64,000 nt of DNA from an uncultured Trueperaceae bacterium (GTDB taxonomy: Bacteria > Deinococcota > Deinococci > Deinococcales > Trueperaceae), in the NCBI GenBank assembly GCA_963727505.1, contig CAVSGP010000004.1, positions 416,001-480,000 on the forward strand. Direction: 5' to 3'. The position numbers were made by a program, and so were the translations under genes. Below, one piece after another: positions 62,805 through 64,000 of this stretch. Each line of letters opens with the position of its first letter. Within the stretch, counting starts at the first letter, position 1. The notes beneath the pieces were generated by a model, which searched no databases, was not told the origin of the DNA, and saw nothing but the letters and a program-made list of their open reading frames with translations.

Positions 62805-63214
62805 CTGATCGCTCGGGCCGTGGCGTTTCGCGGTTTGGTTCGCGCGCAATTAGCTCATGCCACGGATCTTCTTCCTTTGGCCTTGGCAACCGCCTCGCAA
62901 CCCTCCGGGACGCATACTTGACTTCCTCCGCGCGTAATGGCCCGCGCTGTCTCCTCGCAGAGCGGGCAAACTACACATGGCAGCCGATCACCTCGACCTC
63001 TACCGGGTCCGGCGTCGGGTGCCGGTTTATCCCATGCGCTGCTCCTCATCACCGCGCGACCCGCGGCCCACATGTGTCGCTGCGCAACCCCTCGCTCGGT
63101 GCTACGCTCGGACTTGACGCCAACAGGCCCATTGGCCTCAACTGTCATGCCAAATGTCACGGTGATGGTCGTGCATTGCAGTAAGGGACTGGGCCGCAAA
63201 GGGGGAATCCACAC

Positions 63215-63862
63215 ATGAAGAGACTTTGGGTATTGGCTGGATTGGTGCTGGGCCTGGCGCTGCTCGCCGGTTGTAGCACCGTGAACGATGCCGGGAACGG
63301 TGCTGGCCTCCGACTGCAATCGGTCGAGACCACTCCCGGCTACCTGGGTAACCCGGTCGGCGGAACCCAGGTGACTTCCGGCTTGAATGCCGCCGACGTG
63401 ATGCCGAGCACGAACCAGAAGAACTTCGACAGCACTGACTATGCGTATGTGGAGCTCGTCAGCGCTGACATCGGGCAGGTGACACTCAAGTTCGTCAGCC
63501 GGCACAGCTACGCTTCCTGCTTCGAGTACCGCATCGACGACGAAGCCCCCACCTCCACATCAAACGGCGGCGCCAACTACAACCCCGACGTCGCAGACGG
63601 GATGTGGAATTTCACCTGCCTCACCGGCGGTAGCATCGCTACCCCGGCGGAAACGACCAAAACGGTCGCCGCCAGTGACCACGTCGATATTCGCATGGTG
63701 TTCGGAGCCGAGACCAACGAACGATTCGACTGGACGCGCTTCTACCCGTTGACACTGGACAGCATGGACCAGTGCAAGAACGGAGCGTGGGAAGGCTACG
63801 GATTCAAGAACCAGGGACAGTGCATCGCTAGCATCGTTGCCAACCCCAACTCCGGCCACTAA
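63215..63862 (+). CDS. Hypothetical lipoprotein with C-terminal CKNG.W...GFKNQG.C motif
   Basis: Lipobox LLAGC; AAAGGGGG SD; four further Cys residues. Confidence 0.82.
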   Translation: MKRLWVLAGLVLGLALLAGCSTVNDAGNGAGLRLQSVETTPGYLGNPVGGTQVTSGLNAADVMPSTNQKNFDSTDYAYVELVSADIGQVTLKFVSRHSYASCFEYRIDDEAPTSTSNGGANYNPDVADGMWNFTCLTGGSIATPAETTKTVAASDHVDIRMVFGAETNERFDWTRFYPLTLDSMDQCKNGAWEGYGFKNQGQCIASIVANPNSGH

Positions 63863-64000
63863 CGCCGGATTGCACAGGCACTTCTCGAACACACCGTGAC
63901 GAGGACTGAGCGGACGGCCAGGAGCAGGATGCCTGGCCGTCCGATACTGGCCAACTCGATGCCGGCGCTTCGGCCACCTAAGTGATTCAGGGGAACGTGT

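Larger units (their letters stand above)
58464..64000. mobile_element. Left end of an integrative element/genomic island inserted at tRNA-Leu
   Basis: Visible drop in GC and codon bias right after the tRNA; tyrosine integrase and XRE gene adjacent; orphan cargo. The second att copy is not in the window. Confidence 0.85.

Noticed and set aside
62855..63214. Cys-rich minus-strand ORF (PCVVCPLC...C...C) in the island spacer
   Set aside because: No convincing start or SD, weak coding signal, and the longer version overlaps the lipoprotein antisense.
60440..63900. Integron cassette array interpretation of the island cargo
   Set aside because: The integrase is arm-binding ICE/phage type, not IntI-like, and I found no repeated attC-type inverted sites. 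The only shared spacer word (ACTTGTCAGGG at 60462 and 61717) could be chance.

Overview
Very GC-rich bacterial chromosome segment, most likely Deinococcota (Trueperaceae-like). The assignment is inferred from a Deinococcus-type CrtO, the futalosine enzyme MqnD, a small GidA homologue, a Thermus-like dnaX A-run and pervasive leaderless -10 promoters. Bases 1-58,460 are core genome: der, dxr/rseP, hisD, infC-rpmI-rplT, mqnD/menG, typA, scpA, pyrD, a carotenoid cluster beside ispG (crtB, crtO, cyclase/cruF/cruD, cruC, crtD), hisN, dgt, dnaX-ybaB-recR, topA, recO, plsY, folC, trpS, hpt, rluB and tRNA-Leu(CAG). From about 58,464 to the window end lies the left part of a lower-GC element integrated at the tRNA-Leu. 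It carries a tyrosine integrase, an XRE regulator and a run of orphan secreted/membrane proteins. The most notable observations are: (1) TopA ends in an apparent sigma-70 region-4-like domain; (2) dnaX stops right after an A8 run and its tau C-terminus lies in the -1 frame, flanked by an SD-like element and a strong hairpin; (3) an apparently fused lycopene cyclase-hydratase-acyltransferase gene broken by one frameshift; (4) infC with an AUA start; (5) phased 11-bp direct repeats at two sites. All calls come from reading motifs by eye; no database searches were run.
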